Below, one piece after another: positions 20,685-32,940 of a DNA stretch of 43,827 bases. Location of the stretch: contig JALAIB010000032.1 in NCBI GenBank assembly GCA_023645945.1, forward strand, positions 1 to 43,827, written 5' to 3'. Numbering within the stretch: the stretch's first letter is position 1; every line of letters begins with the position of its first letter. The position numbers and the translations under genes were made by a program. Source of the DNA: Diploschistes diacapsis (Eukaryota). The notes beneath the pieces were generated by a model. The model was given only the letters and a program-made list of their open reading frames with translations. It ran no database searches and was not told the DNA's origin.

Positions 20685-21655
20685 TCATTGTTTCTTCTCA
20701 TAGTTGCGCTGCCATACCGAATCGAAAACCTCAACGTCTACGGAAAATGTCCGTATGAAATCACGCTCCAGCTCATGAACTCTATACCCCAGTAAGATCA
20801 GACTGTGGAGGGGAGGGCCCATGTCGACGTCAGAAAGCTGCTGCAAGGTTCCGCTCACAATTCTCTGATCTTCTGCTCCCACGCGTGCCACAGCAACGGC
20901 CATGCTATCGGAGCCATAGATGCCTTCGGAACGCTCGTCTTCGGTTTCTAGCATCTGACGTGCGCATTGAGCCGCCGTCATGTACCGCGGAGGCTCATAA
21001 ATCTTCCGGCCTCGAGCGAGATTCTCTACTGATTGCTCCTTCACCTTGATATCCAGTAGCACAAGAGTGTGTAGGCCAATGTTGCGATTCTCCTTTATCC
21101 GGTCGTAGAACGACGAAGGCTTCCAAGTTTCCGTAAAGAAGACCATGCTGACAGTCTGGCCGAAATTGTACAACTGAAGTCCAGTAACCCCAACGGCCGA
21201 CATGATTGACGCATTTGGTATGCTCCTTACGATAACCCCCAGCTCCCTTGCGCGCAAGACAAGGTCAGAATGCGTAGTCGCACTGAGACATGTCAACCGA
21301 AGGCCAGGCAGACCACTAGCGAGCACTGTACCCAAACGGATCCCCAACCACCAAGAATGCCACGTCAGAGGTATCTGCGTTTGCGAGAATATCGTCGCTT
21401 GATGTCTCCACCATATCACGGTCGGCAAGGATTATCTCACGGCCATAGAAAGATTCCTTTGGGTTATTGGCCTTTTGAGTATATAACCGGGTGTGTTGGG
21501 GAAAAGAGCCATTCACCTACCAATTTCTCCTTGGAGACTAAAAGTATGCTAGTGTAAGCTTCTAGGTACACTCGAGAGGCATTCTTAACAAGATTGAGAC
21601 CCTTGACAGATATGTCTGTCTCATCTGCTAGGCCCAGGCCTACTAAATAGAGCAT
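20685..21655 (-). CDS. DPH5: Diphthine methyl ester synthase; exons 21655-21521, 21456-21332, 21282-20685
   Basis: '[15 protein letters not shown]', '[11 protein letters not shown]', '[15 protein letters not shown]', '[13 protein letters not shown]', '[12 protein letters not shown]', 'IYEPPRYMT'. Confidence 0.95.
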
Positions 21656-21967
21656 TGTGAAATCATGCAGTGCAAGTGTAAATGAAAATATCCAACCTAG
21701 TGCCCTTGCCACGGTCCGGCTCTTCTCCCGGGACCATCTTACTAATACTAGCTGGATTTGGCCTATTTGAAGGTGTATGTATGTAACCTAGACTGTAATA
21801 GTCGACCGTTGTCTACCCAATATTATAATCTGTCCCAGCCTGAGTTGTAGCCTGGCTACATTTTCTTTCGCTGTCATGTAGTTATCTTTCCATACGTCCT
21901 GTCCCTTTCTGTACAATACTTCGCTTGCCGGCGTTCTTGCCTCGTGGCCTGCTAGAAACCGGCCAAA

Positions 21968-23237
21968 ATGGCAGAGAAACCACAAAAGTATCGGCAGGAA
22001 ATACAACAAGTAAGTTCAATTATGTCTAAACTTCTTAACATCTCAGTGGAGTCAGAAAAGTATCTACATTGCGTGAATTTCGAAAGGCAAACATGTCATA
22101 TTGATTAAGCCTGAGACTATCCAACACACATCTATATTTGCATTATGAATTCCATTACTCACGTTACCATGGCGGACATTACCATGAGGCAGTGGCGAAG
22201 GTATCTTGCTGATGACGTCTTCAAACAGATGATGTTCGTGTCTGGCGAAACGGGAGATCCAAGCCCGGACGCAACTTCCATGATCGAGGAGATAGTACGA
22301 CAGCAGGTGGTCGAGATTGTAAGTACGAAACAGATCTGGTTTCGGCTTTCTAACAATCCCGAAGCTTACCCAGTGTAACGAGCTTGCGATACGTCGCGGA
22401 GTCCGGACGATCTCGGTTGTGGACCTGTTTTTCCTGATCCGGAAGGATGCTGCCAAAACATCTCGCCTGAAGGACTTCCTCTCCTGGAAGGATGTTCGCA
22501 AAACTGCAAAGGACACGGATGAGAGGGGAGCAGATGCTGACATAGCAGCTGATGATGCCATTGGTGGAGGAGAGGTTCCTGGGGCTGGGGGTCCTCTTGT
22601 TGGAGATACGGCGAAGAAGAACAAAAGAAGCAAAATCACGCTGCCATGGGACATCGAAAGCTTCTATTCTGAGCGAGTTCCTGAACGCGATGACGAGGAA
22701 GACGAGGATCAAGGAGAGAGCAACTATGCCACGCTCAAGCGTCTCAAAGCCGCAGATGAACGTACCAAGGACATGACGAAGGATGAGTACGTTCATTGGA
22801 GCGAGTGTCGTCAGGCATCATTCACCTTCAGAAAGGCCAAGCGCTTCAAGGAGTGGGCGGGCTTTGGAATTGTGACTGACAGTAAGCCCAACGATGATAT
22901 CATTGACATTCTTGGCTTTCTGACCTTCGAGATGGTGCAAACATTAACAGAGGAGGCACTGAAGGTGAAGTCCGAGGAAGACGTTTATAAGAGCAAGACT
23001 GGCGGACAGGACAGGACGAAGAAACGCAAAAGAGAGACTGGACTATTCGACCCACCAGAGGAGGGTGATGTGCCTGTAAACGAGAACCATATTCGGGAGG
23101 CGTATCGTCGTTTGCAAAGCAGGGCAAACAAACCCAAAGTTTGGCTTGGGCCGGCAAGGGCGCTGCAGAGGACCAAGGTGCAACTGGTGAGTTCTCCTGA
23201 ATTGAAGCTAATTCATGCTAATCTTGCGAAGATTTAA
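21968..23237 (+). CDS. SPT3: SAGA complex subunit Spt3; exons 21968-22009, 22229-22318, 22365-23186, 23232-23237
   Basis: '[16 protein letters not shown]', 'FLSWKDVRK', '[39 protein letters not shown]', '[20 protein letters not shown]'. Confidence 0.95.
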
Positions 23238-23602
23238 ATGGTAAAAGGTTACGGTCTGGGCGTTGTTTTCTCTCTTATCATGATACCCCCAAGGACTATA
23301 AGGCGCTTGGTTGTTCTGGTTGGTATTGTGTCTGTACTATTTCTTATCGAAAAGGCGGCTTGCACTTACGATAGGCATACTCGGCTTAAGGAGGTACTCC
23401 TCGGGTTGTGTCAGGTAGTTGCGATAGGTATTTGCATTCTTACTCCAGAGCTCTACGGATAGACATCATCAATTTTACCTGGGTATGCCCGTGATAAGGC
23501 TCTTCCCAGCCCCGAAACGTCTTCAAGTTCCTGCAAAAGCAGCTTGTTGAATCACGCAGCGCCATGCAAAGCCTCCAAACGCCATGCAAAAACACAACAG
23601 CC

Positions 23603-24256
23603 TCAGCAAATGATACCATCCCCCTCCACACTCTCCTCCTTGACTCCAACCCCTCCTTCCGTCTTCCTCCTCTTCTCCCTCCTCCGCCTCCTCTTCTCCT
23701 CCCTCTTCCTCTCGTCCTCATCCTCCCGCAACCTAATCCTATCCTGCAGATCCACAATATCAGCCTCCCTCCCCTCCTCCCCCTTCTTCCTCTTCAACCA
23801 CGCCAACCTCTCCCTCACCTCCTCAATGCCCGCCCTCTTCACCTCCCCCGTCTCCCCAATATTGCTCAAATGCTGCTTGCTATTCAAATGATCCACAAAC
23901 TGCAGATTATCCTTGAACGTCAGGTCGCAGTCGGCGCAGTAGAAGCCCGCGCCCCTCCCCTTCTTGCCCACCGCAGCCCCGGCGGGCACGAAGGTCATCT
24001 TGCCCACGTTCGCAGCGACGTTCAGCCGCGCGGCGCGCGATTCCGTGTCCCTTGCATTCTCCAGCGTCGCCGTCGCCGCGCGCAGGACGTACTTCTTGCC
24101 GGCCAGCTTGGCTTCGTAGCGCGCCTTGCCCTCTTCGCGCTCGCGCGCCTCCCGCTCCTTGGCTTTGCCGGCGTATTCTTCCCGGTCCCACGTCTTGCGG
24201 AAGGAGGTGTCGGACGTGCTGGTGCCGTAGGCGTTGGGTTTTTCGGGGCCGGACAT
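23603..24256 (-). CDS. SNU23: U4/U6.U5 snRNP component Snu23/ZMAT2 (matrin-type zinc finger)
   Basis: 'DTSFRKTWDREEY', 'GAGFYCADCDLTFKDNLQFVDHLNSKQH', 'VRERLAWLK'. ATG at 24256. Confidence 0.88.
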   Translation of the reverse strand: MSGPEKPNAYGTSTSDTSFRKTWDREEYAGKAKEREAREREEGKARYEAKLAGKKYVLRAATATLENARDTESRAARLNVAANVGKMTFVPAGAAVGKKGRGAGFYCADCDLTFKDNLQFVDHLNSKQHLSNIGETGEVKRAGIEEVRERLAWLKRKKGEEGREADIVDLQDRIRLREDEDERKREEKRRRRREKRRKTEGGVGVKEESVEGDGIIC

Positions 24257-24655
24257 GGTGGGGGGTTGGGTGCGCTTGGGGTGCTGGTAGATGGCGCCGA
24301 GGTTTTTGTAGAGCAAGCTGACTTGCGGGGCGGATGGAAGGCTAGGTCTCTTGCGTACTTTTTTTATGTTTGCAGGGGTTGATACTCATGTGGCGTCATA
24401 GGATGTGTTTAAAGTATAATTTTGATGACTATGAGAAGTTCTTTACCATGCAAACCGGGGCAATGCTTCGAAAAGCAAACGCCTTTTTTACCTACGTTAA
24501 CCATTGACAAACTGGAAAAATACACCGTAGACCTGTAGACGACGTTGAATCATGCCCGGCAACGGAACCACCCCGGATTATCCAAGCTTTGACCTCCACC
24601 CTGAAGATCAACCGCCCCCAATGCCGTCATCTCCCGCCTTCATCAAGCTATCTCA

Positions 24656-25895
24656 ATGGCCGCGTCCCAGATCCCCAATCTCCTCTCCATGAGAGGACGG
24701 GGAGGCGGGAGAGGCAGAGGCGGCCCAGGCAGCGGTCGTGATGATGTGGCAGCGACAGATGCAGACCCGACAGTCACCGCAGAGAAACAAGACCAGATCG
24801 TCCGGCAGACGGACACAGACGCCAATCTATCTCGTTTGAGTGCCGTCGAGGCCGGATACCTCCCCGATCCGTTTGCCGCCGGATTCGCTCCGCAAGCAGC
24901 GTCAGAGCCGGGAAGCTCGAGGAGAATGCCTATCATAAACAGAGGTGAGCAGCGACCGAATATCCTTTTACACAGATGTAGGTGAGTAGATGCAGTTTCG
25001 AGAGATGCGAGCCTCTGACGCATTGATTTGCTTGGGCGTAGGCACTTATGCTCGGACTACGGCTATTGATCGGCTTGTTGATGGCTTTCTCGCGTCACAG
25101 CCGGATGTTAAAAAGCAGATTATCTCCCTGGGGGCGGGAAGCGATACGAGGTTTTTCAGGCTCATGGGGAGAAAGGAAAAGCCAAACGTGGTTTACCATG
25201 AGCTTGATTTCCCATCCAACACGGCGCAGAAGCTGGCGCTTATCAAGAAATCGGCCAACCTCAAGCGCCTAATTGGAGATGAGGCGGATTGCACTTGGAC
25301 GGACGTCGAAGTACACTGTCCATCATATCATTTACATGCCATCGACCTCCGGACTCTCCACCCAAAGGACGAAGCCTCGTCTCCAACCAAAGCTATCCCA
25401 CAGATAGATCCATCCCTCCCGACACTAGTCCTCTCCGAATGTTGTCTGACCTACCTCAAGCCCGACGCCACCGATGCCGTAGTCAATTACTTCGCGAACA
25501 CTGCTCTGAACTCCAACACACCATTTGGTCTGGCACTATACGAGCCGATCAACCCCTTCGATGCCTTTGGGAAGGTGATGATCTCCAACCTTGCCGCAAG
25601 GGGAATCGTGCTGCAGACCGTGCACAAGTACAGCTCGTTAGAGGCGCAGAAAGCGCGGCTCAGGAGCTACGGGCTAAAGGATGGTGTTGGCGCAGTGGAC
25701 GCGGACTTCTTGCACGAACGCTGGATCGACGAGGGGGAGAAGGAGAGGTTGAATCGGGTGGAGATGCTAGACGAAGTGGAGGAGCTGAGGATGTTGATGA
25801 GGCATTATTGTGTGGCTTGGGGGTGGAGGGACGGTGAGAATGGAGCGGTTTGGAAAAGGTGGAGGGCGGTCGAGAGTCAGGATGGCGAAATATAA
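24656..25895 (+). CDS. PPM1: Leucine carboxyl methyltransferase 1 (PP2A methyltransferase); intron 24945-25041
   Basis: 'IVRQTDTDANLSRLSAVEAGYL', 'PIINRGTYART', 'QIISLGAGSDTRFF', 'SECCLTY', 'EMLDEVEEL...HYCVAWG'. Confidence 0.93.
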
Positions 25896-26240
25896 TCCTA
25901 GCAGTTCATGGCTGGTCAGAGTTACGACTGGTCCGGTAACGAGAGCGTATGTTTTAAAATATGAATGTATCGCATCGGCTTTCCCTACGTACATCATATA
26001 GCTTCGGTTTGCTTGGTTATGCAATCAGTCCCCAACTTTCGTGCTCCAGAGGCATGTTGTGCCTGATCAAGAGCGCTTTCGGAACGTTTTGAATTAGCGT
26101 TTACTAGATAATACAGCCTTGCTGCCGATTTGGTAAAAGCGACAGGCTCCGCGGCCCTCCTGGTCCCAAAGAGTTTCCAAAAATGGTGTCATCATGAAAT
26201 ATGACAGCAAGAGGGCCCTTGTTCGTTAGAAGGGCTATCG

Positions 26241-26986
26241 TCATTCCAACTTGTCGAGATGCTCCAGCCTCGTCAACACCACCTGCTTGCTCGTCTCCTC
26301 AATCTCCCCTGCCAAGAAGACCTCGTCGAGTATTGCGTAGACCTATAAAACCGGATTCATTCAGCAACAGCCCCGTTAAGTCATTCCTCCGATCAGTAGC
26401 GGGGTTTTCCCACACCACACGTCGGACCTTACCTTGTAAAAGTTGAACACCAAATCCAGCTCGCACACATTGCCGAAGAAGGCATCCAGTACCTCGACGA
26501 AGAAGTGTATCGCCTCGAGGTAGGCCAGCTCGTTGTCGTTGGCGTCGACGCACGCGCAGAAGAAGAGCCCCGCGTACCGCCGGTAGACGATCTTCATGCT
26601 GCGGAACTCGACGAAGTTGGACTGGTGCTTCTGGTCGCGCGGGGCGATCAGCCGGTGGACTTCGCCTTTGAGCTTGACTTTCTCTTCATCCTGGATGGAG
26701 GGTTAGGAGAAGCAAAGTGTGGGAAAGATAGAGGGGAAAGAATAGGCGTGGCGGAAGAACAGTACGCTGTATGGGGAGTACCATTTCGCTAGGCGGGTTT
26801 TGCCCCTGTGCGGTTGATTAGAGAAGTGCAGTGCTAGGGGAGCCTTTAGGCATAGATATGGAGAACAGTTTTGGGGGAGGTATATCGACGCAGCAGAGTA
26901 GGCATAGAAAATCGCGTTTTGCAATGCGTTTGGAATGGCCCTTCAACTTACTGACGATTCTGAATCAAGATGAAGGAGAGGACCAT
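26241..26986 (-). CDS. APS2: AP-2 adaptor complex sigma subunit; exons 26986-26952, 26805-26766, 26690-26433, 26342-26241 (144 aa)
   Basis: '[17 protein letters not shown]', '[12 protein letters not shown]', '[18 protein letters not shown]', '[31 protein letters not shown]'. Confidence 0.96.
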
Positions 26987-28045
26987 GATTGCGGCGTAGA
27001 GCCAAGTACGGCAGATAATTTCCGCCAAGTGCTATGCCTACGACACTGACCTCTGGATTGATTGTTTTTATTTTGATCTCGAGGCTGAGGTTCCAGCAAG
27101 AGGTTGACTGGATGATGAAGCATTTAGAATCGTCAGGTATAATAGCACGCTTAAAGGATTCGGGTGGGTAGAGTTCCGGCCGGGACAAGCTTGCCAAGAC
27201 AGTACCGCCGTACGATTCCAGCGGATTCTACTAAACGTTGTCTCATCGCGTACTTATAGTGATAGGTAGGTAACTGGACAAGCCTGCGACCAAAAACCGC
27301 TTTACGCGCATGTCCATATCCTTTGAGCGGCTACTCTGCCTCTCACTAATTGGGCCATTGGTAGCAACGCGATACGAGGGTCTCGTTACACAGTCAACAT
27401 GGATCAAATACAACGAACAGAACCCGTCATCCTTGTGAGAGGACCTGGTCAATTTTGGGTGTCACATGTGCTCCTTGACTTTGCTACCTCGCAGGCTTAC
27501 GTTGGTTGGAGCTCCCACTGTGGTAGGCAATTCTCTTTCATACAATGTATTCTTGCAGCAAAGGCGAGATTTGGTGGTGATCGTGGTGGTCAATGCCTTT
27601 AGAATCGAAGCATAACCGCTGCCATATTACATGAGGGCAAAGTTCAGTCTTCATGTCTTGCACGCTACCTGATAAATTAGATATCTTACAAATTTCTAAC
27701 TGGCATGATCGATGTCGAGACCACTCTAGCATTTCCTTAGTCACTGATCACAGCAAGATGATATGGTCTTTTGTGCAAACCGGAGGCCTGTATCTGAGGG
27801 TTATGACATGTCCTGTGTACGGCATAGTTCCTCGCATGGAGAAGACTAACAGCTTACCGTTGGGCTGTCCGGGACGTCAAGGTTGCTTGAAGCGAAGTTG
27901 ACTCACTAATATTGCTGAGATGTCAGTGCCATATAACCCCAGACTATGTTAACACGAAATGATCTTATGCATCGCCCCTTTCTATTACCAGGCGAAGTCA
28001 CCAAAATTCACCCTGTGGAAGTCAGATCTAAGACAGTGGCGAGCG

Positions 28046-29100
28046 ATGCCCCAGACATTCACAACATTATATCCCCCCTCAGCATTACTTTCTTGCGGAA
28101 GGCTTACAGGTAAGTAATCTGATATTGAAGACTTTGATTCGAATCTGAGGATTCAGCCCATAGCCGATGTCAATACCTGGAGGCTTGGGGCTTGCTTCGT
28201 GCAAACGACATTCATGTGCTCCTGAGCTGCTTCCTACGCCAACGAGTACCTTATCAAGGCGGAAGTGGATCTTGATGTTTATTCTCACTATTGCTCTTGG
28301 TATTGGGCTAGGCATAGAACTAACGTATAACGAGGGCCATAATCCAAGTTCTACTATGAGTTCTACTAGTGGCGTCCTTCCTTGAGGATACGTCTCTTGC
28401 AGCACTTCTACGTCCGATGGTAGTAGGCACATCTCCTTTCAGGACTCAGGTAGCTGCTCAAGGTACAGTCTTTGCTCAGTCAGCTCAGACATGGCTCAAT
28501 CATATTGGGGTGGAAAATGCTGGGTATCGTAGTGAAGGAATGGCTAGCAGAACTTTTACGCAACCTTCTTGTGCGTCTTCAATCACTGCTGAATAGGGCC
28601 AACAACATCATCCGCCATGCCGGTCATAATGAAACAGTGTAGCAGGAATCATACCAGCTGTACGAGACAATCCAGGCGGTCTTGACCAGAGCACTGTGTC
28701 GAACTCGAGCACTTCCAAATGCTCTTCATCATCATGATCGTCACGCTGAGCTCAAAGCCATCATCTAACAGGGCTCAGGTTCACTACTGTAAGTCCTCTG
28801 AGCTCGGACCTAGATGCAGGCTCGGATCCGAATGTAAGCCAGACTGCGACCGTTCGCTTCCTGGCTCTTCGGCACCGTGACGCTTCCTGGTGCCTCATTT
28901 GCGATTTATGCTGTACAAAGGATCCTCCAAGTATCTCGATGCTAGCGATTCGAAGTTATTGGACGTTGCTGTACGCGTTACTTCCACCTCCTTTCCATGA
29001 TCGTTTACGAAACAGCGCCTCCAAGCTTCAGCGTTGCTTGAGAATAATGAAGTTTGCGAGGCGATTTGGAATATAATTGATGCATTTCGCAGTATTGTAG
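28046..29100 (+). pseudogene. Putative frameshifted pseudogene of a single-pass membrane protein
   Basis: Canonical intron 28110-28156 (gtaagt...ctgag...cag). TM-like 'RRKWILMFILTIALGIGLGIEL' followed by a Ser/Thr linker. Then 'LEDTSLAAL' and 'TSDGSRHISFQD' lie in shifted frames. Boundaries are approximate. Confidence 0.45.
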
Positions 29101-29745
29101 TGATTGCAAAGTCGCTTGTTGCGGCCCAGTTCACACCGGGGCGGCGGATTTTGGGTTCTTGTCTTATGATGGGTCGTGTACAAAGCAAGCTTGAAATCAA
29201 TACGGGATTCGATTCGAGCCCGAGGTCCTGATACTGAGCTGCGATGTTGAGCGACTTCGATTCGAGCACAACTCTTTTGCAGTCACGCCATGCTACCCAG
29301 GAGAGATGTTCGGACAGTGATCGCAAGTTGCTACCTTTCAATGCTCTATACTTGAATTTCAGATCACGGCTGAACATAGCTTGCCACAAGTTTCATAATG
29401 CTAGCGAAAGGCAACTACCTCGCGGAATGGGCACAATGCTGTGCGGATGGCATACTTATACCTTTCACGCATCTTAGCCTGCCGTATAGTGAAGCACCCC
29501 CAGCTACTGTTGGCAAAGTTGTTAGTTTATCGAGCCATTCGACGAGCAAATGGAACATACTCAACATGCGAGCGAGAGCTTATGAAGTCAGGAGCGACAT
29601 ATAAACAGCGTGGAGGTTGGACGGATAATGCATAGCAGACACATTAACAGACAACAATCCTCCCAAAAAAAGAAATTCTGGTTCAAAATCACCTCTCTGG
29701 TCCTCTCAAATTCCAAGAAGCACACAGAATTTCGAATCACCAAAG

Positions 29746-30107
29746 ATGAAGGTCACGGCTTTCCTCGCCGCCGCCATCCTCGCCATCATTCCCATCCAAG
29801 CTCAGTACGACCAGGAGCAGCATCTCGTCGCTCGCGACGCCGTTCTCGAGGCCCGCGCGGCTTACATCGACGCCCTGACGGACCTTCACTTCATCGAAGC
29901 CCACTCCCCCGTTCCCGGTAGTGTAGGTAGTGGCTCAGCACCGGCCGACGTCATTCGAACACTACAATCACAAAAAAATGGTTAACAGGCATCCCTTAGG
30001 TCGTGTCCGGAATGGCCGACGCTGTTGATTGCCGCCGCTGCATCAGCGACTGCGAGGACCAGAAGAAGAACGGCAGGAAGCCGACCAACGGCGGGCCGAA
30101 TAAATGA
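29746..30107 (+). CDS. Small secreted Cys-containing protein, possibly truncated; probable intron 29923-29999
   Basis: Signal peptide MKVTAFLAAAILAIIPIQA; propeptide-like 'LVARDAVLEARAAY'; spliced exon 2 'DCRRCISDCED'; TATA-like 'atataaa' near 29600. Confidence 0.6.
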
Positions 30108-30824
30108 GTAAGTGGTCTCGTGAATCTGTACTCCTGGCTGGCTGGCGTGCTGAATGACGGGTACTTTTCTTCTTTAATTGTAAGATCGACTGCAAGCTTT
30201 CCAAACGCTGCCAGATATGTGAGATGGTGGTAGAGGGCGTACGACAAAAGGGAGAAGGGGTTCTTCACGTAAGACAGGAGGACGCAATCCATGATTTTCG
30301 TGTCGGAATGTGGTGCACACGGATGGTATGGCTGTAAAATTTTTATCCTGTATAGTATATAGAAAAGCCTCCAGCCTTAAATGAGAGGACGGGGTGAAGG
30401 CTAATCCTCCTTCACAGAAACTGAGCGCCGTGAGTAAATCAGGAGACAAGAGGTTGACGCCAAGTTGCGAGCTTGGTTGTCTTTCTCTTTCGGGTAAAAA
30501 TTCCGCACCTACCTAATTTGCGCGCTCCTGAGCCTAGAATCTCGCGGCAACCTGTCTTCATGATAGTATGGTGCCCACTGGTCTCACTTCAAAGAATGCG
30601 TATTCCAAAGATGCGAGCTGGAAAATATAAACTTGTGGTCCTAGCTCGTCAAGGCCTCAAACATAAGAGAACTGTTAAATTGTTTGGGAGGGACTTTCCC
30701 TGCTTTATGGTATTTTGGCTGACTCTATATGATCCGAAGTCCAAAATTATCTAATCCGTGGGCTCAAGTACCTACAGCTGGCTTTAATAGATCTGGTCGG
30801 AGATTTCCAAGGCAAAAAAGCACC

Positions 30825-32480
30825 TTACGATTCTTGTGCGTCCTCGATCTTTGCCTTCTCCATCTCCTCTGTAACGTCCTTTGCAGCGTCTTCTTCTTGA
30901 GCAAGCTGAGCGCTGGCGGATGCCTCTCCATTGACACCTGCGTTGGCGATAGCGGGCTTCTTTGCGCTGTCGTGTGCCCCTTTATCACCCGTAGTCCCTG
31001 CGTCGGCTTCAAGTTTATCAATCTCGGCCTGTGCTTTAGCGATGTTCTAGCAAGTATATCAGAAACTTCTTCTGCTAAGGGAGAAGGGGCTCGTACATCT
31101 TTGGTCTTAGCATCCGATTCCGACCTCCATTTCGAAACTTTTGCTTTGAGTTTTTCAATGACTTCTGGCACATCTGACTGTCGTATCGGCGGATCGACGT
31201 TAACTTTGGCAAGTTCTTCGATGACGCCGATGCTCAGGTTGAATTTGCCCTCGGTAGGTGTAGCAGGCGCTGAGGGGTTGCTACCTTTCTTTCCCTTTTT
31301 GCCTTTCTTGCCGCTAGTCCCTATGAAATAACTGTCGTCTCGGTCTTCTTTTTTGGATAATGCCGTACCCTTCATCTTTGAGTCGTCGACAGTACGCTGT
31401 GCTTCCGCGGCGAACCCACTAGGTCCACGAAGAGTTTTGGCTTCCGAGATAGACGACGGGTCAAAGTAATTAATGAGGCCCTCCGCGGTCATGATTTCGT
31501 CCATGAACGCTGGGGTACTGGCCTCCTCGAGTCTGGCTGCGGCAGCCTTTTTCCGCTTCTCCTTGGCATAAGCCTCATTCTCGGCCTTCCTTCGCTCCTG
31601 TCGCTGTTTGTACATGTCATTCTCATATGCCCTGTATGCATTTCGTGCTTCGTAATATTTATTTTGGATGCTCTTCATGTTTGAGAATTTCGTGTGCTGA
31701 TCCTCCTGAAGCCTTGTTCGTTCGTCACGCAATGAATTGAGGCTCTTGAAGACCTCATCCTGTTCTGCCTTGATCCCGTCGAGTTCCTTGGCGACAGCGT
31801 TGTATCTGTCACTCATCGCCTTAGCTTCAGGGTTGTCCATGGCCTTTTTAAGCTCTGCGATTTGCGACTTGACATCGCTGATGCCTTTTTCCGCATCATC
31901 GAAACCAGCAAAGCTCTTACGTAATTTCTTCAGGTTCGATATCTCTGCAAGAGCTTTCTTCTCGTCTACCAGCTTCATGGTCCCGGTTTCGACTTCCTTG
32001 TCGAGCCTAGAAATCTTGCTGTCGATTTCTTCGACATTCTTGTATGGAATGCGAGCACGATTAGCTTTTTGTTCATTGATGCGGTTCTTCAACTGGGTAT
32101 CTAGCGAGGCGATCTTTTCTTGAGTGCTGCCCCGCGAACTCTTAAAGCCTGATTGCGCTTGTCTGATTGAAGTAAGTTCAGCACGAAGTTCCTGCTGCCT
32201 CTTTGCAGCAGGTGAGTCCTTGTCGCGTGGTTTCGCAAGATCGAGCTTGGCTTTTACTTCATTCTACGAGTAAATGAGCATCCGCCAAGACAAGAGAAAT
32301 ATGAATTTGAATCAAATGTCACTTTGCACAAGGTAGAAAAGCGATTCAAACAAGTAACTTGCGTACCAACTTGTCCTGTGCAGCCTTCCATTCCTTCTCG
32401 GCCTCTGTAACCTCGGCCTTGAATTTCTCTTCATCGGGCTTTTCAGGCTTCTGCCTAATCGCAGAAGCGGCATCAGCCAT
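30825..32480 (-). CDS. BFR1: Nuclear segregation/brefeldin A resistance protein Bfr1-like; exons 32480-32367, 32263-31097, 31046-30825
   Basis: Long coiled coil with 'KPEKPDEEKFK', 'MKLVDEKKALAEISNLKKLRKSF', 'YFIGTSGKKGKKGKK', 'KFNLSIGVIEEL...VDPP'. All exons are in phase. Confidence 0.88.
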
Positions 32481-32940
32481 GGTTTCTAATGGGTCAGAAT
32501 CCGTCTAGTCAGTACCGAAACGATGGGCAGAAGACAATTGCTCGCTGCACGTCGCGAAGTGCAAGCAAGACAATTCTGGTTGATGCAAAAATACAACGAG
32601 TGATGTAGATCAAGAATGACAGAGATTATACCAAAGCCATTGTTTGAAATTAGGATGCTAGTCCTAAGGACCGACAATGTGGGATTTCGATAGGCACCCA
32701 GGCACCATCGAAAATCGACAGTTGAACTTTTTTTCGAGGACGAGACTGGGATGATCCCGTGTACGAGTTTGCCAAGTTTCGCCAATTTAAGCTCCGCAAG
32801 AGTTTCCGGCCCGAGTCGGTTAAGGCTGTAAGTGGAACGATCCGACCTAGAGAAAGGCTTCCATCAACCACCGAACACATTCCCTTCCCTTCCCTTTGCC
32901 ACATCTCTACCTCATTGCAACGGGCAATTCCTTCATCACA

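Noticed and set aside
30105..30107. Selenocysteine recoding of the TGA
   Set aside because: Ascomycetes are not known to have Sec machinery and I saw no SECIS-like element; a nonsense mutation is simpler.
30764..31096. ORF-track C-terminus of BFR1 ('VRAPSPLA...AVGT')
   Set aside because: Read-through of intron 31096-31047; the spliced frame gives the expected 'NIAKAQAEIDKLE' and stops at 30825.
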